From positions 35,458,918 to 35,522,917 of the forward strand of contig JAUZTB010000033.1 of the NCBI GenBank assembly GCA_034780895.1: a DNA stretch of 64,000 nucleotides, given 5' to 3'. The notes beneath the pieces were generated by a model that saw nothing but the letters and a program-made list of their open reading frames with translations, had not been told where the DNA came from and ran no database searches. Both the position numbers and the translations under genes were made by a program. The stretch comes from Rhynchobatus australiae (Eukaryota). Shown one piece after another: positions 38,790 through 50,240 of the stretch. Every line of letters starts with the position of its first letter. The first letter of the stretch is position 1.

Positions 38790-39480
38790 TTCTCGTATAT
38801 CAGGAGCCACTTTTCAGCTAATTTTGAAATCTAAGACAGCCTCCAATGTGCCAGCAAAGTGTTCGGCCACCTGCAGACAAAAGCATTCCAATACCACCAT
38901 CTCAAATCTGATACCAAATTCATGGTCAACCAAGCAGCAACAATCCCTGCCCTCCTGCATGCAAGTGAAAGATGAATAATATATAGTTGATGCCTCAAAG
39001 CATTGATGAAATTCCACCGATATGGTCTCCTCAAAATTCTCCACATCAACTGTCAGAGTAAACAAAAATGTCCTCCCAGACCACACCTCCAGCAATAAGG
39101 TTCTGAGCACAATCATTCAACTGACACCAGACTCCAGATGTAAGCTTTCTACACCATGTTCTGTCATAGCCAGTGATTCCTGGGAAGATGGAAAAAGTGG
39201 TTCAAGAATGTTCCCTAAGCCTCCTTGAAAAAATTTAACAACCTTACCAACTCCTGGAAATTTCTGGTCCAAGCTGGTAGAGAAGCATCCAGCATCTGAT
39301 GGGAACAAGTGTAAAGGAAGGTTTCACAATCCAATCAACCCATCCATCCACGCTGTCATGCTCTATTTGTCTCAGTCATAGCAGAGGATGTGGATCCTAC
39401 ATAGGACTCATTTGTCATCTTATAAGCCACAGAATTTAAATGGAAACGAGCCATCCTCAACCCCAGAGGACTGATAACAA
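38790..39480 (+). mobile_element. RTE-clade LINE 3' fragment
   Basis: DQFSYIRSHFS..LQCASKVFGHLQTKAF; 3' end gagccatcctcaaccccagaggactg. Confidence 0.75.
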
Positions 39481-39823
39481 GAAAGAAACAAAAGGAAGTA
39501 CTGTTGTAATTAGCTGAAGCAGAATCTTTACCTGAAATAACAAAAGGTCTCATGTTAGCTCTTTTATAAAGCTGTTGGTAAGTTTTTGCTAGTGGTCAAG
39601 GTTGGTCTGCAGTTTAGCATGGTATGTTTGTTCTGAAATTACAAATTGAAGTCAATAAGCTTATGTTTGGGTGTTGCTGAGGAAGCTCTGAGTCACAGTC
39701 TAGNNNNNNNNNNNNNNNNNNNNNNNNNNNNNNNNNNNNNNNNNNNNNNNNNNNNNNNNNNNNNNNNNNNNNNNNNNNNNNNNNNNNNNNNNNNNNNNNN
39801 NNNTCCCTTGTTCTACCTATATC

Positions 39824-40390
39824 ATTTGTACCAACATGTACAACAACCTCCAGCTGTTCACCTTCCCCCTTGAGTATTTACTGTAGCTGCTCAGGTACAT
39901 CCTTGACCCTGGCACCCAGGAAACAACACACTATCCTGGCATCTCTTCTGCAGTCACAGAATCTCCTGTCTGTCCCCCTCACTATCGAGTTTCTGACCAC
40001 TATCACCCTGTCTGACTGAACCCTTTCCCTCTGGGCCAGTCCCAGTGACCTGACTATTGCAGCTAGCACCTGAAAGGACATCCCTCTTAACGTATCCAAA
40101 GAGGTATACCTGTTAGTGAGGGGAATGGCCACAGGGGAACCCTGCACTGACTGCCTCTTCCCCTTACTTCTCCTGGTGGTCACCCATCTATCTGTAGCCG
40201 GCACCTTAAGTGGGACCACCTCAGTAGAAGTCAGCATTTCAGATGATACAGAGTACATCAGTTCTTTGACTGGGTCTGTCAGGAACTGCAGATGGGTGCA
40301 CTTCCCACAGATATATTCAGAGAGACCGTGAGGTTCCCTGACTTCCTGCATCTTGCGGGAGGAACATTCCACTGTGCTAACTGCCATCTT
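39824..40390 (-). mobile_element. CR1 ORF1 fragment (zinc finger, leucine zipper, SGNH esterase start)
   Basis: ORF 39878-40387: VECSS..YICGKCTHLQFLTDPVKEL...VIVVRNSIVRGTDRRFC..RIVCCFLGARVKDV. Confidence 0.88.
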
Positions 40391-40734
40391 GCCTACACTG
40401 AATCAAGTGTTAAGAAAGAACAGGAAAATAAAGACTGCTCTCACTCTGCCACTCTCCCACTCTTACACTGATCACAATGGCCACTCTACTTGACCCAACC
40501 TGCTTTTTACTGGCTGCTATTAATTCACCAATTAACTAACAATTAGCTGACTTACCTCTTTTAAAGTCTCCTGCCATCTCTCCAAGTCCTGACCCCTGCA
40601 AAATTAAACTCACAAGCACTGAGACATACTTCTCAGGTAAAGACTTAGCTCAGGTGGGCATTGTGGTCAGCGTGCACAGTTTGGGCTGAAGTGTCTGTTT
40701 CCATTGCTGTAAAAGTCTACAACTCTATGACTCT

Positions 40735-41183
40735 AAAAACAGAGAATGCTGGAAATACTCAGCAGGTCAGGCCACTTCTGTGGGAAGAGAAATAGAGTCA
40801 ATGAAAAGGAGACAAAAGAAAGCTGCAGGGATGGTGGGGGAGGACGATTTCTCTGATAGAGTGAAACCAGGGTGACCATGGCGACGAGCTGTAAAGATGA
40901 GTGAATGAGACCAGTTAGAGAGCAAGAATATGGTCAATAGAACATGGATAAAAGAATGTAGGAATATAAATTGCAGAGCAGCAAGGCATGCCCAGCTTGA
41001 CCTGCTCCCTATGGTCACCCTGGTTTTACCCTATCAAAGACAACCTCACCCATCACTCTCCTTGCAGCTTTACAAGTTTTTCTTGTCTCTTGAATTCTGA
41101 CAAAGGGTCTCTTAACTCTTAACTGTTTCTCTTCCCACAGTTACGGTTTGACTGCAGAGTATTTCTGGCATTTTCTGTTTTCA
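40735..41183. mobile_element. Long Penelope-derived fold-back element
   Basis: Nested inverted pairs aatgctggaaatactc/gagtatttctggcatt, aaagctgcaggga/tccttgcagcttt and aaaccagggtgaccat/atggtcaccctggttt. Confidence 0.8.
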
Positions 41184-41187
41184 TTCT

Positions 41188-41576
41188 TGTCACAATGTTG
41201 ATCAGAGTGCAAGCTCACAGAGAACCCAAATGCAGCACACTGGTACAAGACTGGAGTCAGGATACTTCCTCAGGACAAACTGGCAGCAACTGGAAGGAAT
41301 CTTGCCTCAGAGATCTGAAGAGGAATTCCAACACAAACTGGATCTTTGAAAAGGAATAGAGAACACAGGACTGCTCTAGAGTAGAGCACTCTAAGCAACT
41401 AGGAGCCAAAGATCGACCAATACTCTAGCAACTTGTGCTAGAGAAACCCAGATACTTATGCTAGGCCCCTGATAGGGCTCAGGTGAGTGTAGTTATGTAA
41501 TCAGTCCAGCATGGAATCCATGGACAACAAGGCATTAAAGGAGCAAAATTGAGGGTCAGAACTCAGAACCATGGCA
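41188..41576. mobile_element. Possible solo LTR
   Basis: Begins TGTCAC and ends ccatggCA; about 390 bp; no clear TSD. Confidence 0.35.
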
Positions 41577-41722
41577 GATGGAACAAATCCAAAGGATTTG
41601 GAAGACTGCAGTCTGTGGATCAAGCTGAAATTTGAAACAGGTTTGATTCCTCAACCTAAAGTCACAAGGTTTTTGTTGTAATTATGGCTGTTACATACAT
41701 GTTTAACTATTCAATAAACAGG

Positions 41723-42680
41723 GAATTGGAATTGGTTTATCATTGTCATTTGTACCGAGGTACAGTGAAAAACTTCTCTTGCATTTCATTCATACAGATC
41801 AATTCATTACACAGTGCATTGAGGCAGTACAAGGTCAAACAATACAGAATGCAGAGTAAAGTGTCACAGCTACAGATAAAGTGCAGTGCAGGCAGACAAT
41901 AAGGTGCAACCTCATAATGAGGTAGATGGTGAGGTAAAGAAGTCCAGCTTATTATACTAGGGAACTGTTCAATTGTCTTATAACAGCAGGATAGAAGCTG
42001 TCCTTGAGCCTGGTGGTATATGCTTTCAGGCTTTTGGATCTTCTGCCCAATGGGAGAGGGGAGAAGAGAGAATGTCCTCGGTGGGTGGGGTCTTTGATTA
42101 TGTTGGCTGCTTTACTGAGGCAGCGAGAAGTGTAGACAGAGTCCACAGAGGGGAGGCTGTATTCTGTAATGTGCTGAGCTGTGTTCACAAGTCTCTGTAG
42201 TTTCTTGCAGTCACAGGAGAGAAGTTGCCGTACCAAGCTGTGATGCATCCAGATAAGATGATTTCTATGATGCATCAATAAAAATTAGTGAGTGTCAAAT
42301 GGGACATACCAAATTTCTTTAGCCTTCTGAGGAAATAGAGGCACTGGTGAGCTTTCTTGTCCATTGCCTCTATGTGGTTGGACCAGGACAGGCTATTGGT
42401 GATGTTCACTCCTAGGAACTTGAAGCTCTCAATCATCTTGACCTCAGCACCGTTGACCTAGACAGGTGTATGTATACCACCCCTCCTCTTGATGTCAATG
42501 ACCAGCTCTTTTGTTTTTCTGACAGAGGGAAAGGTTGTTGTCATGACACCATGTCACTATGGTCTCTATCTCCTTCCTGTACTTATTGTTATTTGAGAAA
42601 CAGCCCATTATGATGATACCATCTACAAACTTGTAGATGGAGTTAGAGCAGAATCTGGCCACAAATCATGAGTGTATAGG
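41723..42680 (-). mobile_element. Rex1/Babar-type LINE 3' fragment
   Basis: AANIIKDPTHRGHSLFSPLPLGRRSKSLKAYTTRLKDSFYPAVIRQLN plus the 3' UTR. Confidence 0.88.
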
Positions 42681-43811
42681 CAGTATAGTGTATTCGTGCA
42701 GTTATGCACAACCTTTCTATGGGATCTCTATCTTGAAACATTTTTCTCCTGTAAATTCTGTGTGTCAGTGTTTTTTTCCTATTTGTGTACCTCGAGCGCA
42801 GAGTAACACTCCCTCTTCACTGGCCCATCAAATATTTCCAGGGTAATTGTTTAGAAGTAGAGTAAACTTCCCAAGATGATATAGATTTGATGCAGAATAA
42901 ATGTAATCATAAATGTTGCAATGCAGAAATCAAAATTGAAAATTTTGCCAAGAAATTTCAGGTCAGGTATAACTGCAGATATAAGCTCTCTCCAGCAGGA
43001 GCATGATGGGAATGTAAATGTATCCACTTTTGTTGGGGGTGAGGCAAGTTAAGCAAGTGGATATTACACACTTGCAAGCATTTGTACATCCTGTGCTTCA
43101 TTGATTCCTTGGAGAGCCTGTGCCCCTGGTGCCTCTGCAAACTCTCCTCTCAGCTATGTCCCATCATCGTGAGCCACATCATCACAAGAATTCTCCGTGT
43201 GGCTCCAGTGTGACATTTCACAATCCTCACATGTGAGGCTGTGTGACATCCTTGAATAAAAATGTAAATTAGTTCCAAATTAAAAACTATTCAGAGGCCC
43301 ATTGTTAGCAGTTCTACCAAACTAAGCAAAATTTCACTGGGTGTGTACATTTACTGGAAAAGGAAAGATTTGAAAAGATCAAAATTTGGAAATGTGTCTT
43401 ATATTTTTAATCAATTACAATATTTCACATCATCCCATCACACTGGCAGAGACATAAATGGAAAAACAACAGCTGCAATATGCCATTCACATCAGTGTGC
43501 AACACAGAAAAGATCCTGTGCAGAGCCCCCTGGTGTTAGGTCACTATTTGAGTAATAAATCAATTGACAATAGATTACTTGATAGAAAAATCACATCCAA
43601 TCCATTATTGCTATTTTAGTTTTAATGGCTATTCTTCAACTGCAAAGTCTCCAGTGTGAATTGAACCAGCTTTACTTTGTTTTACCTTGTTGCCTTCTGT
43701 GATGTGAATCACTGATATAGATGGGTCAAGTTCTGTTTGAAACAAGGTGTTCCTGAACTCCTGGGACCACAGAAAGAACTTTCTAGGGAGTCACAAATGA
43801 CGTAGGTATGG

Positions 43812-44945
43812 AATAGAGTCATACAGCATGGATACAGGCCCTTTGGCCCAATGAGTCCATGCTGACCATGATGTCCACCTGTCTAGTCCCAATTTCCTGT
43901 GTTTGGCCCATTTCCCTCTAAGCCCCACCCCTGCAATATACCTCTCCAAGTGCTTCTCAAATGATACTATTGTACCTGCCTCAACCACTTCTTCTGGCAG
44001 CTCGTTCCATTATCTCACTACCATCTGCATGAAAAAGTTGCCCCTCAAGTCTCTTTTAAATCTTTCCCCTCTCCCTCTAAATCTATGCCCCCTAGTTTTG
44101 GACTCCCCTACTCTGAGGAAAAGACTGCTGCCATCCACCTTATCTATGCCCCTCATGATTTTATAAACCTTTATAAGATCACCCCTCATTCTACATTCCA
44201 AGGAATAAAGACCTTGCCTGGCCAACCTCTCCCTATAACTCAGGTCCTTTAGTCCTGGCACCATCCTCGTAAATCTTTTTGGCACTCTTTCCAGTTTAAC
44301 TATGTCTTTCTTATAACAGGGTAACCAAAATTGTACACAGTATTCCAAATGCCACCTCACCATGACTTACACAACTGCAACATAATGTCCCAACTCCTAT
44401 ACTTAATGCCTGACTGATGAAGGCCAGCGTGCTAAACACATTTTTCACCACCCTCTCTACCTGTGAGACTGCTTTCAATGAACTACCACTTGCACTCTTA
44501 GGTCCCTCTGTTTCATTACACTCCCTAGTCCCCTACCATTCATAGTATAAGTCCTACATTGGTTTGACTTTCCAAAATGCACCACCTCACACTTAGCTGT
44601 ATTGAAATCCATTTGTCACTCTTCAGCCTATTTCCCTACTAATCAAGAACCCCCTGTAATCTATGATAACCTTCTACACTATCAACAACACCTAATTTCT
44701 TGTCATCCGCAAACATACTGATCAAGTCTTGTGCATTTGCGTTCAAATCATTTATATAGATAACAAATAACAAGGGTCCCAACACTGACCCCTGCAGCAC
44801 CACTAGTCACTGGCCTTCATTCTGAGAAACAACCTTCAACCAATACCCTCTGCTTCCTACCTCAAAAAAAATTTTGAATCCACCTAACTAGCTCTCCCTG
44901 GATTCCATGGGACCTAACCTTCCAGACCAGTCTACCATGTGGGAA
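43812..44945 (-). mobile_element. CR1 (HER1-like) 3' ~1.1 kb
   Basis: VRWHLEYCVQFWLPCYKKDIVKLERV..RGDLIKVYKIMRGID; RT motifs (QGSVLGP, MFADD) upstream; 3' UTR. Confidence 0.93.
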
Positions 44946-45493
44946 TACTGGAGTTCCAGTTCATATTTGTTGTGCCCGTGGCTAAATTTGTTCTTTGAGA
45001 AAGCCACAAAACAGAGCCTGCATCTTCTTATCTGTGTTTCAGTTCAGGCCTAACTTCACAAAGCATTAAGTTGCTTACCACACATTAGGAATGCCATTAC
45101 TTTTAACTAGCAAATGGANNNNNNNNNNNNNNGCAGACCACTTCAAATGGATTAAAATTATATGACACATTTAATTATAGATAATAAAGTACCACACCAT
45201 TAGGATCAGCAAGGTCTGACAGCATAATAATCTGCCTTACACTTTACATTATGGCTAGGCCATTTAAATAGTTAGGGACAGATGGAATTTCCACTTCCCA
45301 CTCAGTTGCATTTTTGGCAAAAATTTGCATATTTTGCCTAAAACCACCATAGCTTGCATAAAGGATCACAGACTTTTAAGTGAGGATTACATTTGATGCA
45401 AGTCAAATTTCCATGTGTTCAAGTTTAAAAGACAATCTGACAATTGTGAGAACCCTCCCCAGGTTGAATTGAAGGGGAGATTTGCATTCACAT

Positions 45494-45707
45494 GAGATGC
45501 AGATGCTGTAATCTGGAGCAAAGAAACAAACTGCTGGAGGAACTCAATGGGTCAAGCAGCATCTGTGCAGGCAAAGGGATGGTTGACATTTCAGGTTGAG
45601 ACACTTCATTAGCCCTGATGCAGGGTCACGAACCAAAACACCGACTATCCCTTGCATCCTCAGATGCTGCTTGACCCTTGAGTTCCTACAGCAGTTTGTA
45701 TTTTGCA
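45494..45707. mobile_element. Penelope-derived fold-back element with two opposed decayed hammerhead cores
   Basis: Arms aaactgctggaggaactcaatgggtcaagcagcatctg / cagatgctgcttgacccttgagttcctacagcagttt; centre ...cttcattagccctgatgcagggtcacgaaccaaaac. Confidence 0.85.
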
Positions 45708-45769
45708 CTTACACAGTTCTTTCTCTGACTCTTTCAGAAAATGATAAAGTGTAGACACAAATGTATGAA

Positions 45770-46070
45770 ATATGAAAGCCAAGTTCCATGCAGCAAGCTG
45801 CCTCCAAATGGCAGTAATGACACTGGCCAGATAATATGTTTAGGAATATTGATGAAAAAATAAATATTGACCAGGAGAACAAGGACAATTCCTCTGCTCT
45901 CCTTTGAAATAGTGCTATAGAATCCTTACACCCAACTGAGAAAGCACACAGTGCCTCAGTTTGGCATCTCATTCAAAAGACAGCACCTTTCTTTTAAAAG
46001 TGCGGCATGTCCTCACTGGTAGATTAGAGTATCAACCTGAATTTAATGTTCAAGTCATTAGAAAAGGACT
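45770..46070 (-). mobile_element. Deu-domain SINE
   Basis: aaatattgaccaggagaac..ctctgctctcctttgaaatagtgc..tctcattcaaaagacagcacct. Confidence 0.78.
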
Positions 46071-46929
46071 TAATCATCAAGGCAAATTTCTGTTAACTGC
46101 ATTTATTTGTATGGCTTTGAGAAAGATCTAAATATGAAGGAATTTTAATATCTAAAAAATATTTAAAAAGAAGGAAACATTCACTTTTTGCAACTTTACT
46201 ATTACTGTTGTGTCCCTTCATGGCTATCAAATTTCCTTTAAAGCCATCTTCAGTAGTTTAAAAATCAGACTACTTACAAGTGGCAGATTGACACCATAAT
46301 TAAAATGTTTTTGTGACCAACACATTTTCAGCTGTATTAACCAAATTACACCATTATTACTTAAATAGCCCTGTGCTATTTAGGCCTCTCTATTAGAATC
46401 CAAGACACTTCAGGAAGGCAAGAATGACCTTCCACATCAGTAGCAGTATGTGCAGGTGTTGTTAGGCCATGGGCAATGATTCCAGGCAGCTGGCCCAGCT
46501 CATTAAAATTTTGGCTGCAAAGTAGTCCTTCATTCTATTTGTGGGATCAACTGACACAGAATTGCTGTCATACTTGTTGGTGTATTGACAACCAAAGGTA
46601 ATTGTATGGCCTGCATTGTGCTAAAATGTGCATTATTTTATTGAAAAATAGGCATTGAAGTCTTTTTCTGAAACTCAGTTGAATAAAATTTTCAGAAGTA
46701 TTTTTAACGTGCAAACACAGGTACATTTTGCATTTGGTGCATTCCACATGAAGAATGACTCCTGTTGCTCTGTAGGAGATCTGTCTATTCTCATCATTTA
46801 TGATAAAGACTACCTGAGGAAGAATGATGAAAGAATAGAACTGCAAAGCAGCTTTTCTTAATTTAGAAACAAAATTAGCTCCCTATAAAACAACAATCTG
46901 CATCAAAACTAATTGCTTGTGATTTGAGA

Positions 46930-47275
46930 TCATTAAGGATCCCACATCAGGGCTATGCCTCTTCTCATTGCTGCCATCAGGCAGGAGGTACAGGGGCCTG
47001 AAGACCCACCCCTCAGAGTTCAGTAACAGCTTCTTCTCCATGGCCATCAGTTTCTGGAACCAACCTGAAAAGCCCTAATTCTACTTTGGACTACATTTCC
47101 CTCAGCTTGCATTAATGTCATTATGTTTATTTTTGTTAATTTTGTTAGGTAAGTTATGTATGGTTTATGTTAAGTTAAGCTTGTGTTTGGAATATACTGT
47201 ACTGCAAAAAGCAAATTTTCATGGCATTTATACGCTGGTTATGCATGCCCATGACGATAAACTTGAGATGGAGTT
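46930..47275 (+). mobile_element. Rex1/Babar-type LINE 3' end
   Basis: IIKDPT..LLPSGRRYRGLKTH..FSNSFF and the 3' UTR. Confidence 0.78.
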
Positions 47276-47299
47276 GCAATGCCAGTTTGCCTATACCTT

Positions 47300-47717
47300 T
47301 TTATCTTTTGGAATATTATATGCAGTTCTGGTTACCACACGATAGGGAGGAATGTAGAGGTTTTGGAGAGGGTGCAGAAGTTGTTCACCAGACTATTACC
47401 TGGATTGGAGTGCATTCTTTATAAGGAGAGGTTGGACAAACATGGATTGTTTTTCTCTGGAATGTCAGAGGCTGAGGGGCAACCTGATAGAAGAGTATAA
47501 AATTATGAGTGACGTAGATAGTCTTTTTCCCAGGGTGGAAATGTCAAATACTAGAGGGCATAGCTTTAAGGTGAGAGGGGAAAGCTTAAGGGAGATGTGA
47601 GGCAATTTTTTTTTATATATAGAATAGTACGTGCTTCCAGGGAGATGGTGGAAATGGATGATAGCAATGTTTAAGAGGTATCTGATAGACACAAACAAGC
47701 AGGGAGGGAGGGATTCA
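47300..47717 (+). mobile_element. CR1 3' fragment
   Basis: LEYYMQFWLPH; LERVQKLFTRLLPGLE. Confidence 0.85.
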
Positions 47718-48734
47718 NNNNNNNNNNNNNNNNNNNNNNNNNNNNNNNNNNNNNNNNNNNNNNNNNNNNNNNNNNNNNNNNNNNNNNNNNNNNNNNNNNN
47801 NNNNNNNNNNNNNNNNNNNNNNNNNNNNNNNNNNNNNNNNNNNNNNNNNNNNNNNNNNNNNNNGTTTAAAAACGTCAATCACACTCTTCAGAACTATACC
47901 ACTGAGCAGCCCTAGCTTTCCCTTTAAAAATTTCTATCCCTACTCGTACATGTACAACTCATCAAAGGTCTTTGTTCTGTTATCTCTCTTACCTAGGGAA
48001 GGGCTTAAGCAAATGTTTAGCAAGTTAGTCATTACCCAAAGCTCATTTTGCTTCGTTGTATCATGAACTTATTAACAGTCCCAGAATTCTCTCCTTTGTG
48101 TACACAAAGAAGTGAAACACTTCATGATGCAATGGGTCATGAGCTAAATGTCAATGAACTTCTAAGACACAGATTTCTCACCTTGCACACTGAAGCCTAG
48201 ATTAATGAAGTATTTGCACATAGTTGCACAGAGACACACTTTCACACAAGGTGTGCCACCATCCTCTCTTCAAGAAATGTCAAGGCAAGTTTAGTTGAGC
48301 AATAAACTCTTATACTCTGTTTGGAAGTATTACCTCGGGCACAAACCAAACTTTGTTCAACTGAGTCCTGCAATAATGATACAAACAGCAGCTCAGTCAT
48401 ATGAAGCCCATGTCCCCTTTACTTTGACACTCAGTGGATTTTCAGCTCCTTGTGCTGGGTTTCCTCTTTCTCATCATTTTAAAATCAAAAATAAGGGGAT
48501 ATTTTCAGCAATTTTAAAACTTCCACAAAACAAGGAGAAGGGTCTCAACTTTGGTTTTTCACAAAACGTTAGTTAATATATTGTGTCCAGTTATGGTCAA
48601 ATTCCTTTTGGAAAGATGTGAAGGCTTTGGGGAGGGTGTAGAAATCCAATTTTTAGTATGGTTTTAGGGATGTGGGACTTCAGCTATGAGACCAGAATGG
48701 AGTATTTGGAGCTTTCTTTATTTCATATTTCTGC

Positions 48735-49104
48735 AAAATGCAGAAAGAGGCCATTCAGCCTATTTACTCTATGCTGGCTCTCAGCAATTTCATCCATCCC
48801 ATTCCTCCACTAACTTTCCTATAACCCATTGTCTTTCACGTGCCTATTTACTGTTGCCTGATTCTCCTACCTGCAGTCCAAGGATCCACTTGCAGTGGGG
48901 ACACTCAGCCTAGATGGGGTAATTTACAGTAGTTAATTAACCTAACAACCAATATATCTTTGGGTTGTAGGAGGAAATCAGAACATCTGGGGGAAATCCA
49001 AAAGGCACAGAGAGAATGTGCAAATGCCACAAAACAGCACCAAAGATCATGAACAACTTGGGTCCCTGAAGCTGTGAGGCAGCTGTTTTACTACTGCGCC
49101 ACTG
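48735..49104 (-). mobile_element. Degraded V-SINE (HE1-like, CR1 tail) inserted next to a CR1 fragment (48575-48720, +)
   Basis: tctttgggttgtaggaggaaatcag..gagaatgtgcaaa..gctgtgaggcagc..actgcgccac. Confidence 0.7.
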
Positions 49105-49994
49105 AGAATATTGAATTTTAATTCTATTTATAAACCTTAGTGACTGGTATATTATTTCAATCACCATATCAAACTGTCTTGCCAGCCTTAAGAGTACATG
49201 TATGTATGGATACCAAGATATGTGAGTCCTCTTACATTATTCTCAAAATCTTGAATTGAGAGAATACTGGCCTAGAAATTTTATCACATTACATTAACTT
49301 CATGTACACTACACAATGCAATTTTGTAAGAAATTACTTTGCAAGGGGTGAACCTATATTTACTATATGCTGTACAGGGCCTGCAATTTTTCTTTTGCTA
49401 TTTAGTATATTAGTTCATGTTTGGACTAAGGTTGCATTGACAACTGAAACAAAGTGGTCCTGGCCAAACCAAAAGCCAAGAATTTGTGAGCAAGTTCTTG
49501 ATAAGTTCCATTTGATACCACTGGTGACAGTGCCCTCCATTAACTTGCTGATGATTGAAAGTGGACTGACAAGATTTTAGTTTCCTGGATTGGAGGATTG
49601 GATTTGCCCTATTTTTTTTGTTTACAGTGCATAACTGGGCAATTTTCTAACATTGTCAGGTCTGTGCCCATGTTGTAATTCTATTAGAACAGCATGACCA
49701 GAGAATCTAGAGTAAAGGAAAAATTACCAGTTAAATATGTAGACAGAGTTCCAGTGTGCTTCTGATAACAATACAAGGGTCTGCATGGATAATTTTTAAG
49801 GATAATTACAGACACTTAAAATTAGAGAACACTTTAATTGTTATTACATATGTTGAATCCAATGGAGGTAAAACAAAAACATTACAAACTCGTATGACAA
49901 ATTATGTTAGAAATCATTTAGGCAATGCTCAGGTTTCATTTAATACTGCAGAAACTAAGTTCTATCCTATTACTAGATCAAAAATAGTAAACAA

Positions 49995-50240
49995 ATACCT
50001 AGCTTCTACCATCAGAAGGGCAAGCAAGGTCAGTGGCCTTGGCAATGACACCACTGGCAAGTTCTTTTCCAAGTCACTGACATTCCTGTCTTGGAAATGT
50101 TTCACCATTATTTTTCTGTTAGGTTAAAATCCTGGAACAGCCTCTCTAACAATACTGACAGAATACCTCTGCCACATGTTATTCAAGAAGGCAATTTGCC
50201 ATTATCTTCTCAAGGTTAATGCATGGGCAGTCCATGCCAG
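49995..50240 (+). mobile_element. CR1/L2-group LINE 3' end
   Basis: ctaccatcagaagggcaag..caccactggcaagttc..aaaatcctggaac..ttcaagaaggc; same family as 12320-13310. Confidence 0.6.

Noticed and set aside
45801-45816. CTCF-like cctccaaatggcagta
   Set aside because: It has a core mismatch and lies inside a Deu-SINE; probably a chance derivative.
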